A stretch of DNA of 64,000 nucleotides from Candidatus Micrarchaeota archaeon (GTDB taxonomy: Archaea; Micrarchaeota; Micrarchaeia; Micrarchaeales; CABMGC01): assembly GCA_021848025.1 (NCBI GenBank), contig JAJZND010000011.1, forward strand, positions 16,664-80,663, in the 5' to 3' direction. A program made the translations under genes and the position numbers. Shown in pieces: positions 10,581-19,576 of the stretch (position 1 is the stretch's first letter; each line of letters starts with the position of its first letter). The notes below the pieces were generated by a model. The model made no database searches. It worked only from the letters and a program-made list of their open reading frames with translations, and was not told the DNA's origin.

Positions 10581-11480
10581 ATGCAAGCCATAGAGATCCA
10601 TAAACTATCTAAAAGATTCCCTGAAGTCAACGCACTCAGCAACATAACCTTTGAGGCAGAGGAAGGCGAATTCCTAGTAATAATAGGGCCTAACGGCGCC
10701 GGGAAGAGCACATTGCTGAAGGTAATTGCAGGATTATATAAGCCGACTTCGGGCACAGTGAAGGTATTAGGCAGCGAGATAGACAGAATAAGCGGCGATT
10801 TGAAGAAACGCATCTCTTTTCTGGGTGAAAACTATTCACTGTACGACAATCTCACAAGCTATCAGAACATGAAGTTCTTCTCAATGCTTTACGATGTAAA
10901 GGACTTTGAGGCGAAGGCACTTGATCTGGCAAATAAGTTTGAGGCCTCTGAATATATGGGCAGAAAGGTCTCGCAGCTGAGCAGAGGCACAAAGCAGAAG
11001 ATAGCGCTCTGCAGGGCTCTGATAAACGAGCCGAAGATGCTTGTACTTGACGAGCCTTCTGCCTTCCTCGATCCAAGGATAACAGAGATACTGCACAGGA
11101 ATCTCTCGGAACTTGCGGACAACGGATGCACTATACTTTATGCGACACAACGGCTTGAGGAGCTGTATAGGATAAGCAGGAAAGTATTGCTGCTTAACAA
11201 GGGCAAGGCAGTCAAATTCGGTGAACTTAAGGATGTAATATCGAAGCTTACACAAGTGAGCGTTGAAATAACCACCATCAATTATCTACAGGACAGTGTA
11301 CTGGAAAAACTTTCGAAGTATAACGCAAGGCGGCTTTCTGCAAACACGATAAGTGCAAATGTAAGGAGACTATCTGAAGTGCCAAAAGTGATAGCATCCA
11401 TAAGCAAGCTCGGCGGAGACGTGATAAATGTGAATTCAGTGAAGAATAACATAAGCGAGATAATAAAGAAGGTTGGATAG
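10581..11480 (+). CDS. ABC transporter ATP-binding protein
   Basis: Walker A GPNGAGKST, signature LSRGTKQK, Walker B LVLDEPSAFLD. Confidence 0.9.
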   Translation: MQAIEIHKLSKRFPEVNALSNITFEAEEGEFLVIIGPNGAGKSTLLKVIAGLYKPTSGTVKVLGSEIDRISGDLKKRISFLGENYSLYDNLTSYQNMKFFSMLYDVKDFEAKALDLANKFEASEYMGRKVSQLSRGTKQKIALCRALINEPKMLVLDEPSAFLDPRITEILHRNLSELADNGCTILYATQRLEELYRISRKVLLLNKGKAVKFGELKDVISKLTQVSVEITTINYLQDSVLEKLSKYNARRLSANTISANVRRLSEVPKVIASISKLGGDVINVNSVKNNISEIIKKVG

Positions 11481-12263
11481 ATGGACATAATGCACGTATA
11501 CGCGGTTTCGCAGAAAGATCTCAAAGAGGTATTCTCCAGTCCGGGTATCTATCTGCCAATGATAGCTATACCTCTTCTCTTCGCCATCGCCCTCCCTGCG
11601 TTCACTGTCTACGTTTCCAAGTTTGCAGGCCCGGCACTGGCAGAGAGGCTGCTAAAGACAAGTGTGCCATTGGGCTCATCTACGAGCGAGGTCTTTTTTA
11701 TGCAGTTCTTCCTGACCAACGTCCTCGGTCCTATATTCATGACAATGCCTATAATAACTGCTTCGGTGATTGCTGCTGATAGCTTTGCAGGAGAGAAAGA
11801 GCGAAAGACCGCGGAATCGCTTCTCTCAACCCCTATAACTAACAAGGAGGTACTGCTTGGCAAGATACTTTCATCGTTCTTGCCCGCAGTCGCTATGACC
11901 GTCCTAATTTTCCTGATATATGCCGGCGTTGCCAATTACTCTTCTGGAAAATACTTCGGTTTCACACTCCTCCCCAATTCCGGATGGTTCCTCATGCTTC
12001 TAACATCTCCTTTCTTGGCGCTGACCACCATAGGCCTTGTGGTACTTGTCTCACTACGCGCCAAGGGTGTGAAGGAAGCCCAGCAGATAAGCACGCTCCT
12101 TGTGCTTCCAATACTTGTAATACCATTTATCTCCACCTTCGGGATAGCTGTGCTGTCAACACTCTTTTTCATCGAGCTGCTCATAATACTCGCAGCGACA
12201 TCTGCAGTAGTGCTTGCTTTAGGAATAAAGCTCTTTGATAAGGAGCGCTTTATAACTGCATGA
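11481..12263 (+). CDS. ABC-2 type transporter permease
   Basis: Starts immediately after the ATPase stop. About 6 TM segments with an extended first loop, typical of ABC-2 exporters. Confidence 0.7.
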   Translation: MDIMHVYAVSQKDLKEVFSSPGIYLPMIAIPLLFAIALPAFTVYVSKFAGPALAERLLKTSVPLGSSTSEVFFMQFFLTNVLGPIFMTMPIITASVIAADSFAGEKERKTAESLLSTPITNKEVLLGKILSSFLPAVAMTVLIFLIYAGVANYSSGKYFGFTLLPNSGWFLMLLTSPFLALTTIGLVVLVSLRAKGVKEAQQISTLLVLPILVIPFISTFGIAVLSTLFFIELLIILAATSAVVLALGIKLFDKERFITA

Positions 12264-12300
12264 GCAGAGCAAGACACGCTTCCATCTGCATGTGCCGAAA

Positions 12301-12633
12301 TCAGCTAAGACCTATAAATATTATGCCAAGCTGTATTACTGCTATGCCGGCCACGCGAAGGGGCGTAACCGGTTCACCGAGCACTATAAAAGCCAGGATG
12401 CTTGCTATAGAATAGCTAAGGCCCACAAAGCTATATGCCCAGCTTAAGTGCGATCTGCCAAGGACATAGAAATACAGCATTGTAGAGACGGCATAAAGAA
12501 CTACGCCCAGCCCGACGAGCTCAATCAATGGCACGCCGGAGCTATCAAGGCCGAGCTTGAAGATAAGCTGGCCCACTGCTCCCAAGGATGTGCTAAGTAC
12601 AAGGATCAGTACAAATAATTTCTTGCCATCCAT
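12301..12633 (-). CDS. small 4-TM DMT-superfamily protein (half-size EamA/ArnE-ArnF-like)
   Basis: 110 aa, four TM segments. GQLIFKLG near the N-terminus and GEP..P.R..G near the C-terminus. Paired with a similar upstream gene. Confidence 0.55.
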   Translation of the reverse strand: MDGKKLFVLILVLSTSLGAVGQLIFKLGLDSSGVPLIELVGLGVVLYAVSTMLYFYVLGRSHLSWAYSFVGLSYSIASILAFIVLGEPVTPLRVAGIAVIQLGIIFIGLS

Positions 12634-12640
12634 GCAATCA

Positions 12641-13000
12641 CTAGTAACTAAAGGCTATGAGTACTATGCCGAGCATTATAAGCAATACGCCGCCTGCCCG
12701 CTTCCAAGAGATCTCTTCGTGCAGCAGGAACTTGGAGAAAAGGAGCACGAAGACGAAGACGCTTGCAAAAGTCGGATATACAAATGAGAGCTGACCCATT
12801 CTCAGGGCTTCAAGGTAAAAAACAAGGCTTACTAAGTAAAGTGTCGCTCCGAGGATCATCACTCTGGACTTAAGCAGTAGCTTCATAGAAGCCAGATCCA
12901 GGTTTATCTTAGGCAACCCTCTCTTGAAAAAGTACTGCGAGACTGATGAGATAAACGCAGAGGCAAAGGTTATTGCTATTATATCTACCTCGTTAAGCAT
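12641..13000 (-). CDS. small 4-TM DMT-superfamily protein (half-size EamA/ArnE-ArnF-like)
   Basis: 119 aa, four TM segments. Same architecture as 12301..12633, with a 7 nt spacer between the two. Confidence 0.55.
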   Translation of the reverse strand: MLNEVDIIAITFASAFISSVSQYFFKRGLPKINLDLASMKLLLKSRVMILGATLYLVSLVFYLEALRMGQLSFVYPTFASVFVFVLLFSKFLLHEEISWKRAGGVLLIMLGIVLIAFSY

Positions 13001-13080
13001 TCAATCACTATTACAAAAGAAACGCAAGATTAAAATTCCTCTCAGCGAAAGTTTTTTAACCTTACGCATAAATTAGTTAT

Positions 13081-13329
13081 ATGATGGACCTATCTTTTGA
13101 AAATGAACAGACTTCAATGGCATTCGCTTTTGGGGTAGTTGCCCTGAGCATAATAGCAATAGCTTCGTTCTTTACAGGTATAATCATTCTCTTCTATGTT
13201 TTTGCGATAATTGCTCTGGCAGTAGGCTTCTACATGGCATACAGGATTTCCAAAGAGCCGAATGGAAATAGTCCGAACAAGTCAGGACAGAAGCAGAAGA
13301 ACAGCAAGAGTAGCAGGATGGGTAGATGA
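13081..13329 (+). CDS. small membrane protein, hypothetical
   Basis: 82 aa, two TM segments and a Lys/Ser-rich tail. Its stop overlaps the topA start (ATGA). Confidence 0.45.
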   Translation: MMDLSFENEQTSMAFAFGVVALSIIAIASFFTGIIILFYVFAIIALAVGFYMAYRISKEPNGNSPNKSGQKQKNSKSSRMGR

Positions 13330-15575
13330 CAAAGCTCATAATAGCAGAGAAGCCTAGCGTAGCAATTAGGATAGCCCTTTCGCTCTGCGAAGGGAAACCA
13401 ACACGCAAGTATATTGATGGTGTCTCATATTACGAAGGAATGAGGGACGGTGAGTTTCTCTATGTGGTAGCAGCAGCAGGCCACCTCTTTACCCTGCATC
13501 AGAAGAGCCGTTCATCAGAGATACCTGTCTTTGACATAGAGTGGGTTCCTGCGTATATGGTGAATAAGGCGGCCTACTTTACAAAGAAGTACCTTGACGT
13601 TATAAAGAGCGTAGGCTCAAAATGCAGCTCTTTCATAAATGCATGCGATTATGACATAGAAGGCACTGTGATAGGCTCGAACATAATAAAGTACATAATA
13701 AACAACGACGCAAATTCGCGCATTGCGGGCGAGCACGTATCGAGAATGAAGTTCTCAACGACAACCACCGCAGACCTTGCGGCGGCCTACGAAAATCCCT
13801 CCAATTTCGATTTCAATAATATGTATGCAGGTGAGGCGAGGCATATGCTTGACTGGATGTGGGGCATAAACCTGAGCAGAGCCCTCATGAATGCAGTATC
13901 TAACAGTGGCCAGAAGAAGATACTGAGCATAGGCAGGGTGCAAGGTCCAACGCTTGCAATACTTGCCAGGCGCGAAAAAGAGATAAAGGACTTCAAACCG
14001 GAGCCTTTCTGGAAGCTTGAAATTACCCTCCGTGGCATACAGTTTGAGAGTGCCAGAGGGCAGATATTCGATAAGAGCGAAGCCGAGAGGGCATTTGATG
14101 CGACTAAGACAGGCAAAGCCATTATAGAGAAAGTCGAGGAAAAGGAGGAACCAAAGGGCCCATTCCCGCCATTTGACCTGACCTCGCTCCAGCTTGAAGC
14201 AAGTCGTGTGTTCGGGATGGATCCTTCAAGGACTCTTGCCATAGCGCAGACGCTATATGAGAGGTCGTATATCTCATACCCGAGGACATCATCGCAGAAG
14301 CTTCCGCCCACCATAAATCACAGGAGAATACTGGAGAGCCTTGCAAAAATCGAGAAATATACGGAGAAAGCGGTTAGCCTCATCTCTGCCGGAAGATTTA
14401 AGCCAAGAGAGGGCTCTAAGGAGGATGAGGCGCATCCTGCAATCTTCCCTACAGGAGAAACGCCCAAAAAGCTGACAGCAGAAGAAGAGAAAGTTTACGA
14501 TCTTATAGCAAAAAGGTTCCTTGCGTGCTTTGCAGAATGGGCCAAGATAAAGAGTACAAAAATCACTGCAGTTGCCGGAGGAGAGGTCTTCTCCGCAGCC
14601 GGTAATATTGTCGGATTTGCCGGATGGATCGATTTCTATGCTCCATACTACAAAGTCGATGAAAAACAGATTCCGAAGTTCTTGCAGGGAGAGAGTGCAG
14701 AGATCGAGAGGAATGAGCTAAAGGAAGGCAAAACCGAGCCTCCAAGGAGATATACCAAGGCATCGCTTATAGGCCTTCTGGAAAAGAAAAATCTGGGAAC
14801 AAAGGCCACCAGGGCTGCCATAATAGATACTTTGTTCAAAAGAAATTACATAAGGAACTCAAAGATAGAAGTAACAGAATTCGGGATGAGCGTATACGAG
14901 ACCCTCTCGAAATACAGCGAAGAAATCCTCAACGAGGAGATGACTGCAAAGCTGGAGAAGGATATGGACAATATTGCAGGAGGCAAGATAACTGAAGAGG
15001 AGGTCATAAAAGAGGGAAAGGAAATGATAACTGCAATAGTTAAAAAGTTCAATGCTAAGAATTCCGAGATAGGCAAAGGCCTGCAGCAGGGACTGGCAGA
15101 AAGCGAAAAATCAGGCGCTCTGGGCATATGCCTGAAATGCGGCGGCAATCTTATAATAAAAAGATCCAGGAACAACAAGCAGTTTGTTGGATGCAGCAAC
15201 TGGCCCAATTGCAGCAATTCCTATCCATTGCCACAATACGCCAAGATAGTGCCTACTGGAAAGGTGTGTGAGCTCTGCCATACACCAAAAGTAAAAGTTT
15301 TCATGAAAGGCAAGGTATTCGAAATGGACCTGGATCCAAATTGCGAGAGCAAGAAGGACTGGGGCAAGCCCAAGCCAAAAGGCGGAGAAAGCGGTGACAA
15401 CGCCGCATTAAGAAAAACAGGAGAGGCGAAAACAACCGGCATAGCGGATAAGCAAACAGAACCGGAAAAAGCAGCGGCTGCAAAAACAAGGAAAAAGAAG
15501 GAGGCCTCAACGGCAAAGAGAAAAAATATAAAGTCGGGGAGCCGAAAGCAAAAAGCAGGTAAAGAGAAAGGATGA
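13326..15575 (+). CDS. topA: type IA DNA topoisomerase (topoisomerase I/III-like) with Zn fingers and a Lys-rich tail
   Basis: Toprim motifs IIAEKPS and ACDYDIEG, and the active-site Tyr motif ISYPRTSSQ. Cys4-type fingers (CLKCGG...CSNWPNC and CELCH...). The last 90 aa or so are K/E/A-rich. Confidence 0.9.
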   Translation: MTKLIIAEKPSVAIRIALSLCEGKPTRKYIDGVSYYEGMRDGEFLYVVAAAGHLFTLHQKSRSSEIPVFDIEWVPAYMVNKAAYFTKKYLDVIKSVGSKCSSFINACDYDIEGTVIGSNIIKYIINNDANSRIAGEHVSRMKFSTTTTADLAAAYENPSNFDFNNMYAGEARHMLDWMWGINLSRALMNAVSNSGQKKILSIGRVQGPTLAILARREKEIKDFKPEPFWKLEITLRGIQFESARGQIFDKSEAERAFDATKTGKAIIEKVEEKEEPKGPFPPFDLTSLQLEASRVFGMDPSRTLAIAQTLYERSYISYPRTSSQKLPPTINHRRILESLAKIEKYTEKAVSLISAGRFKPREGSKEDEAHPAIFPTGETPKKLTAEEEKVYDLIAKRFLACFAEWAKIKSTKITAVAGGEVFSAAGNIVGFAGWIDFYAPYYKVDEKQIPKFLQGESAEIERNELKEGKTEPPRRYTKASLIGLLEKKNLGTKATRAAIIDTLFKRNYIRNSKIEVTEFGMSVYETLSKYSEEILNEEMTAKLEKDMDNIAGGKITEEEVIKEGKEMITAIVKKFNAKNSEIGKGLQQGLAESEKSGALGICLKCGGNLIIKRSRNNKQFVGCSNWPNCSNSYPLPQYAKIVPTGKVCELCHTPKVKVFMKGKVFEMDLDPNCESKKDWGKPKPKGGESGDNAALRKTGEAKTTGIADKQTEPEKAAAAKTRKKKEASTAKRKNIKSGSRKQKAGKEKG

Positions 15576-16150
15576 GCAATATGTTTATCTACCCAAAGAT
15601 ATACCGAAAGCTAAAGAGAGGGCCACAGGTCATACTGCCAAAAGACATAGGCATAATAATTTCGTATTCCGGAATAGACAAGAACAGCATATGCATAGAT
15701 GCGGGCACCGGGAGTGGCTGGCTTGCCCTGAGCCTTGCCCGAATATGCAAGCATGTATATTCTTACGAAGTGCGGGAGGATTTCATAAGCATAGCCGAAA
15801 GGAACAGGGTATTCCTTGGCCTTGACAATGTTACGTTAAAGAACAAAGACGTCTCAAAGAAAGTGGACGAAACCGGTGCAGATCTATTTACTTTGGATCT
15901 CCCCAATTCGGAGAAAGCACTCAGGAATGCAAAGAAGGCACTAAAAGACGGCGGATGCGTGGTAGGCTATCTTCCGCACATGGAGCAAGTGAAGAAATTC
16001 TCCGCAACTCTTTCAAGGCTGGGATTTGCTGACATTTACACCGTGGAGGTAATTGTAAGAGACATGCTGGTGCGTGAAGAAGGAATAAGGCCCACTACCA
16101 AGGGAATATGGCATACGGCCTATCTTACATTTGCAAGAAAGCAAGATTAA
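15572..16150 (+). CDS. trmI: tRNA (adenine-N1)-methyltransferase, TrmI/GCD14-like (short form)
   Basis: SAM motif DAGTGSGWLALSLA, LDLPN (post-I acidic motif) and the C-terminal IRPTTKGIWHTAYLTFARK, which is typical of GCD14/TrmI. Confidence 0.7.
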   Translation: MSNMFIYPKIYRKLKRGPQVILPKDIGIIISYSGIDKNSICIDAGTGSGWLALSLARICKHVYSYEVREDFISIAERNRVFLGLDNVTLKNKDVSKKVDETGADLFTLDLPNSEKALRNAKKALKDGGCVVGYLPHMEQVKKFSATLSRLGFADIYTVEVIVRDMLVREEGIRPTTKGIWHTAYLTFARKQD

Positions 16151-16339
16151 TGCAATGGCGGTGCCCGGCTGAATTCGGGTATCATGACTCAAAGCGGCTT
16201 TTAACAGTGCATGCAGAAATATGGCAGATAATCTGGCTGCTAATTTATTCTGCAAAAGTTTTCAGAAGGTTTAAATATCTGCAGACTTAATTTTATCTAA
16301 GCAACCAACCAGAAGTTATGCTTAACACATGGTGGAAAT

Positions 16340-16636
16340 ATGGAGGAAGAAACAACAACGAGTTCGATACCGGAAAATGTGGTCTTGATAGGGAAGAAGC
16401 CAGCAATGAACTATGTTCTTGCAGTAGTAACACAGTTCAACAACGGAGCCAAGAGTGTCAAGGTCAGGGCGAGGGGAAATGCGATATCCCGTGCTGTGGA
16501 TGTAGCTGAAATAGCTAGAAACAGATTCGTTACTGATGTGAAAGTGAATCAGATTGACATAAGCTCGGAAGAGATAGCCAACGAAGATGGCACAAAATCG
16601 AAGGTAAGTGCGATAGAAATAATTCTCGCAAAATAA
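16340..16636 (+). CDS. albA: chromatin protein Alba
   Basis: 98 aa with [19 protein letters not shown] and [17 protein letters not shown], matching the Alba core. Confidence 0.9.
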   Translation: MEEETTTSSIPENVVLIGKKPAMNYVLAVVTQFNNGAKSVKVRARGNAISRAVDVAEIARNRFVTDVKVNQIDISSEEIANEDGTKSKVSAIEIILAK

Positions 16637-16685
16637 AAACGTAAGAATCAGTTGTTCGGAAAGAGGAAATTACACCTCTTTCCCT

Positions 16686-17060
16686 TCATTTCTTTTCCTT
16701 TTTCATCTCATTTGCAATCTCTGTGGAGGTTATTATGCCTATGCAGGTCATATCGCTTTCATTGTTCACTACCGGCAGCCTTGTTATTCCATTCTCTACA
16801 AGCTTTCTTCCGGCTTCATGAACGTTTTCTGTTCCTAATAAATAGACAGGCTCATGCATCACTTCCTTTACTTTAAATCCACTTCCTTGCAGAGCCTCTG
16901 CCTCGCGCCTTTTCAAGAGGCCCACGAGCTTGCCGTTGTCCAGCACAGGCGCAACGCCTACTTTCGCTATGCCCATCATTTTCAGCGCGTTGTCCAGTTC
17001 AGATTCGAAGGAGATAGCAACTAGATGCCTGCTCATGACATCTTTTACCTGAACCACCAT
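16686..17060 (-). CDS. CBS domain pair protein
   Basis: 124 aa with two CBS-like repeats (VKDVMSRHLVAI... and VKEVMHEPVYLL...), each followed by G.VT..D-type ends. Confidence 0.75.
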   Translation of the reverse strand: MVVQVKDVMSRHLVAISFESELDNALKMMGIAKVGVAPVLDNGKLVGLLKRREAEALQGSGFKVKEVMHEPVYLLGTENVHEAGRKLVENGITRLPVVNNESDMTCIGIITSTEIANEMKKEKK

Positions 17061-17128
17061 TCCACCAATAGTATCTTTTCTGACAAGAGCTTTATTTCTT
17101 TTCTTCGTATCTGAATATAGGAATTTTT

Positions 17129-18424
17129 ATGAGTGCCTATAGATCGCATTACATCTCGCAGCTAAGTGCAGGTATGGAAGGCGAAGAGGTAATACTCGCG
17201 GGCTGGGTGCACGAGGTAAGGGATCTAGGCAAGCTTGTATTCCTTCTCCTTCGAGATCATACGGGCATAATCCAGATAACAGGGAAGGACGGAATCGTAG
17301 AAGAAGCCATAAAGAAGAGTCTCGTGCTTCCGAAGGAAAGCGTGATAATGGTAAAAGGGAGGATAGCAAAGAGTGCAATGGCAAGCAAAGGCTTTGAAAT
17401 AATACCATTGAAGGTAACAAACCTAAATCCCATTACCGCCAAGATACCATTCGAAGTTACCGGCAAGGTGCCTGCGGATATAGATGTACGGCTTGACTAC
17501 AGGTATATAGACTTCAGAAGGCTTGAAACAACCTCAATATTTAACATCGAAGCATCTGTTCTTGATGGTTTCAGAAATGCGGTAATCAGGGAGGGCTTTC
17601 AGGAGCTGCGCCCTACTAATCTTGTAGAGGCAGCAACTGAAGGAGGGGCAGACCTGTTCCAAGTAGCATATTTTGAGAAAAAGGCATACTTGGCCCAATC
17701 GCCGCAGCTCTACAAACAACTTGCGGTGCTTGGCGGTATGGATAGGGTATTCATGATTGCATCTGCGTTCAGGGCGGAGAAGCACAATACGGTCTTTCAC
17801 CTCAACGAGAGCACCCAGATGGACATAGAGATGGGTTTTGCAGACCAGAATGATGCAATAAGGCTGCTCAAGAAAACAGTCAGTTCGATACTTAAAAATG
17901 TGGCGGGTAAGAACGGCGCAGACCTCGCTACGCTTAAGGCTGAGCTCAAAGAATCGAAGGTAAAGATAGTAACGTACAAGCAGGCTCTCGACAAGCTTGC
18001 TGCAAACGATGCAAAAATCCAGTTCGGAGACGATTTTAATAGGGAATACGAGAGCATGCTTGGATCGATTTACGGAGATATGCTGATAATAAAGGATTAC
18101 CCCACCTCCCTCAGGGCATTCTACAGCATGCCCAAGCCTGAAGATCCCGAGCTTTGCAATAGCTATGACTTCATCTACAAAGGGATAGAGATATCAAGCG
18201 GAGCGCAGAGGATACACGATCCAGACGCATTGACGGAATCAATAAAAAGCCGCGGACTGAATCCCAATGACTTTAAATTTTACATAGATGCGTTCAGATG
18301 CGGGGCGCCTCCACATGCAGGCTGGAGCATAGGTCTTGAACGATTTACAATGAAGATAACCGGCAGCAGCAACATACGTGAATGCTCTCCGTTTCCAAGA
18401 GACAGGAACAGGCTTACGCCGTGA
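17129..18424 (+). CDS. aspS: aspartyl-tRNA synthetase, archaeal type
   Basis: N-terminal OB fold (LAGWVHEVRDLGKLVFLLLRD). Class II motif 2 FRAEKHNT and motif 3 GAPPHAGWSIGLERF. Confidence 0.92.
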   Translation: MSAYRSHYISQLSAGMEGEEVILAGWVHEVRDLGKLVFLLLRDHTGIIQITGKDGIVEEAIKKSLVLPKESVIMVKGRIAKSAMASKGFEIIPLKVTNLNPITAKIPFEVTGKVPADIDVRLDYRYIDFRRLETTSIFNIEASVLDGFRNAVIREGFQELRPTNLVEAATEGGADLFQVAYFEKKAYLAQSPQLYKQLAVLGGMDRVFMIASAFRAEKHNTVFHLNESTQMDIEMGFADQNDAIRLLKKTVSSILKNVAGKNGADLATLKAELKESKVKIVTYKQALDKLAANDAKIQFGDDFNREYESMLGSIYGDMLIIKDYPTSLRAFYSMPKPEDPELCNSYDFIYKGIEISSGAQRIHDPDALTESIKSRGLNPNDFKFYIDAFRCGAPPHAGWSIGLERFTMKITGSSNIRECSPFPRDRNRLTP

Positions 18425-18428
18425 TTGC

Positions 18429-18914
18429 ATGGTAGAAGTAAAATCAGTTAAGATAGAAAAAGAAGAAGAAATGCAGGTAATGATAGGCCATGCTGGATTC
18501 ATAAAGACAGTAGAAGACATCTACGAAGCGATTGTAGGTAGCGTGCCTGGCATAAGATTCGGCCTGGCATTTTCCGAGGCAAGCGGGCCCTGCCTTGTAA
18601 GAAGCGAGGGAAATGATAGCAGGCTGAAAGAATTAGCTGAGCGCAATGTGCTTGCAATAGGCGCGGGCCATACGTTTGTGATAATATTCATGAGTGCTTA
18701 CCCAATAAATGTTAACAATGCTGTCAAAAGCGTGCCTGAAGTCGTAAGCATCTATTGCTCTACGGCAAACAGCGTAGAGGTGATTCTCGGCCAAACAGGG
18801 CAGGGCAGAAGCATTCTCGGGATAACAGATGGTTCGCAGCCGAAAGGTCTGGAATCAGATGAAGACAGGGCGAAGCGGAAGAAATTTTTAAGGGAGATCG
18901 GATATAAAATGTGA
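18429..18914 (+). CDS. adenosine-specific kinase-like protein (small conserved archaeal family)
   Basis: About 161 aa from ATG 18429; the track ORF starts upstream inside aspS. The pattern GHAGFIKTVEDIYEA...GAGHTFVI is recalled from the archaeal 'adenosine specific kinase' family. This is memory-based only. Confidence 0.45.
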   Translation: MVEVKSVKIEKEEEMQVMIGHAGFIKTVEDIYEAIVGSVPGIRFGLAFSEASGPCLVRSEGNDSRLKELAERNVLAIGAGHTFVIIFMSAYPINVNNAVKSVPEVVSIYCSTANSVEVILGQTGQGRSILGITDGSQPKGLESDEDRAKRKKFLREIGYKM

Positions 18915-18918
18915 TTGC

Positions 18919-19575
18919 ATGGGAGAAGCTGTTCTTGGAGAGGCCAAGGCAAAGGAGGCTATAGCCCGGCTAATAAAGGAATATCCTGATGCAAAGTACT
19001 ATCTAAACTTCAACACACCTCTGGAACTTATGGTTGCAGCTATAATCTCAGCACAGACAAAAGATGCTGTGGTGAATTCAGTCACCCAGCAGCTTTTCAA
19101 GAAGTATAAGACGCCTGAAGCTTATTCCGATGCAGATGAAGGCGAACTGGCTAAAGACATAAGCAGGGTCGCATTTCCGCTGAACAAGGCGAGGAACATA
19201 ATAAAGGCATGCAGGTTAGTGTTGGAAAAATACGGAGGAAGCATACCAAAGGACATGGAGAGCCTGGTTGCACTTCCAGGAATAGGCAGAAAGACAGCAA
19301 ATACTATACTTATCAATGCATTTGGGATAGTAGAGGGAATACCTGTGGACACGTGGGTGATAAGAGTTCCCGGAAGGATAGGAATCACGAAAAACAAAGA
19401 CCCTGAACTGATTGAGCATGATCTTATGGGGCTTGTCGATAAAAGTCACTGGAACAATATCGCCTATGTCTTCAAGGAACACGGACATAAAGTCTGTCAG
19501 TCCAGAACGCCAATCTGCAGCAAGTGCATAATAAATGACATATGCAAGAGAAACGGTGTTGCGAAGTCAAAGTGA
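18919..19575 (+). CDS. nth: endonuclease III (HhH-GPD DNA glycosylase/AP lyase)
   Basis: HhH motif LPGIGRKTANTIL and the 4Fe-4S cluster loop CQSRTPICSKCIINDIC. Confidence 0.9.
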   Translation: MGEAVLGEAKAKEAIARLIKEYPDAKYYLNFNTPLELMVAAIISAQTKDAVVNSVTQQLFKKYKTPEAYSDADEGELAKDISRVAFPLNKARNIIKACRLVLEKYGGSIPKDMESLVALPGIGRKTANTILINAFGIVEGIPVDTWVIRVPGRIGITKNKDPELIEHDLMGLVDKSHWNNIAYVFKEHGHKVCQSRTPICSKCIINDICKRNGVAKSK

Positions 19576-19576
19576 A

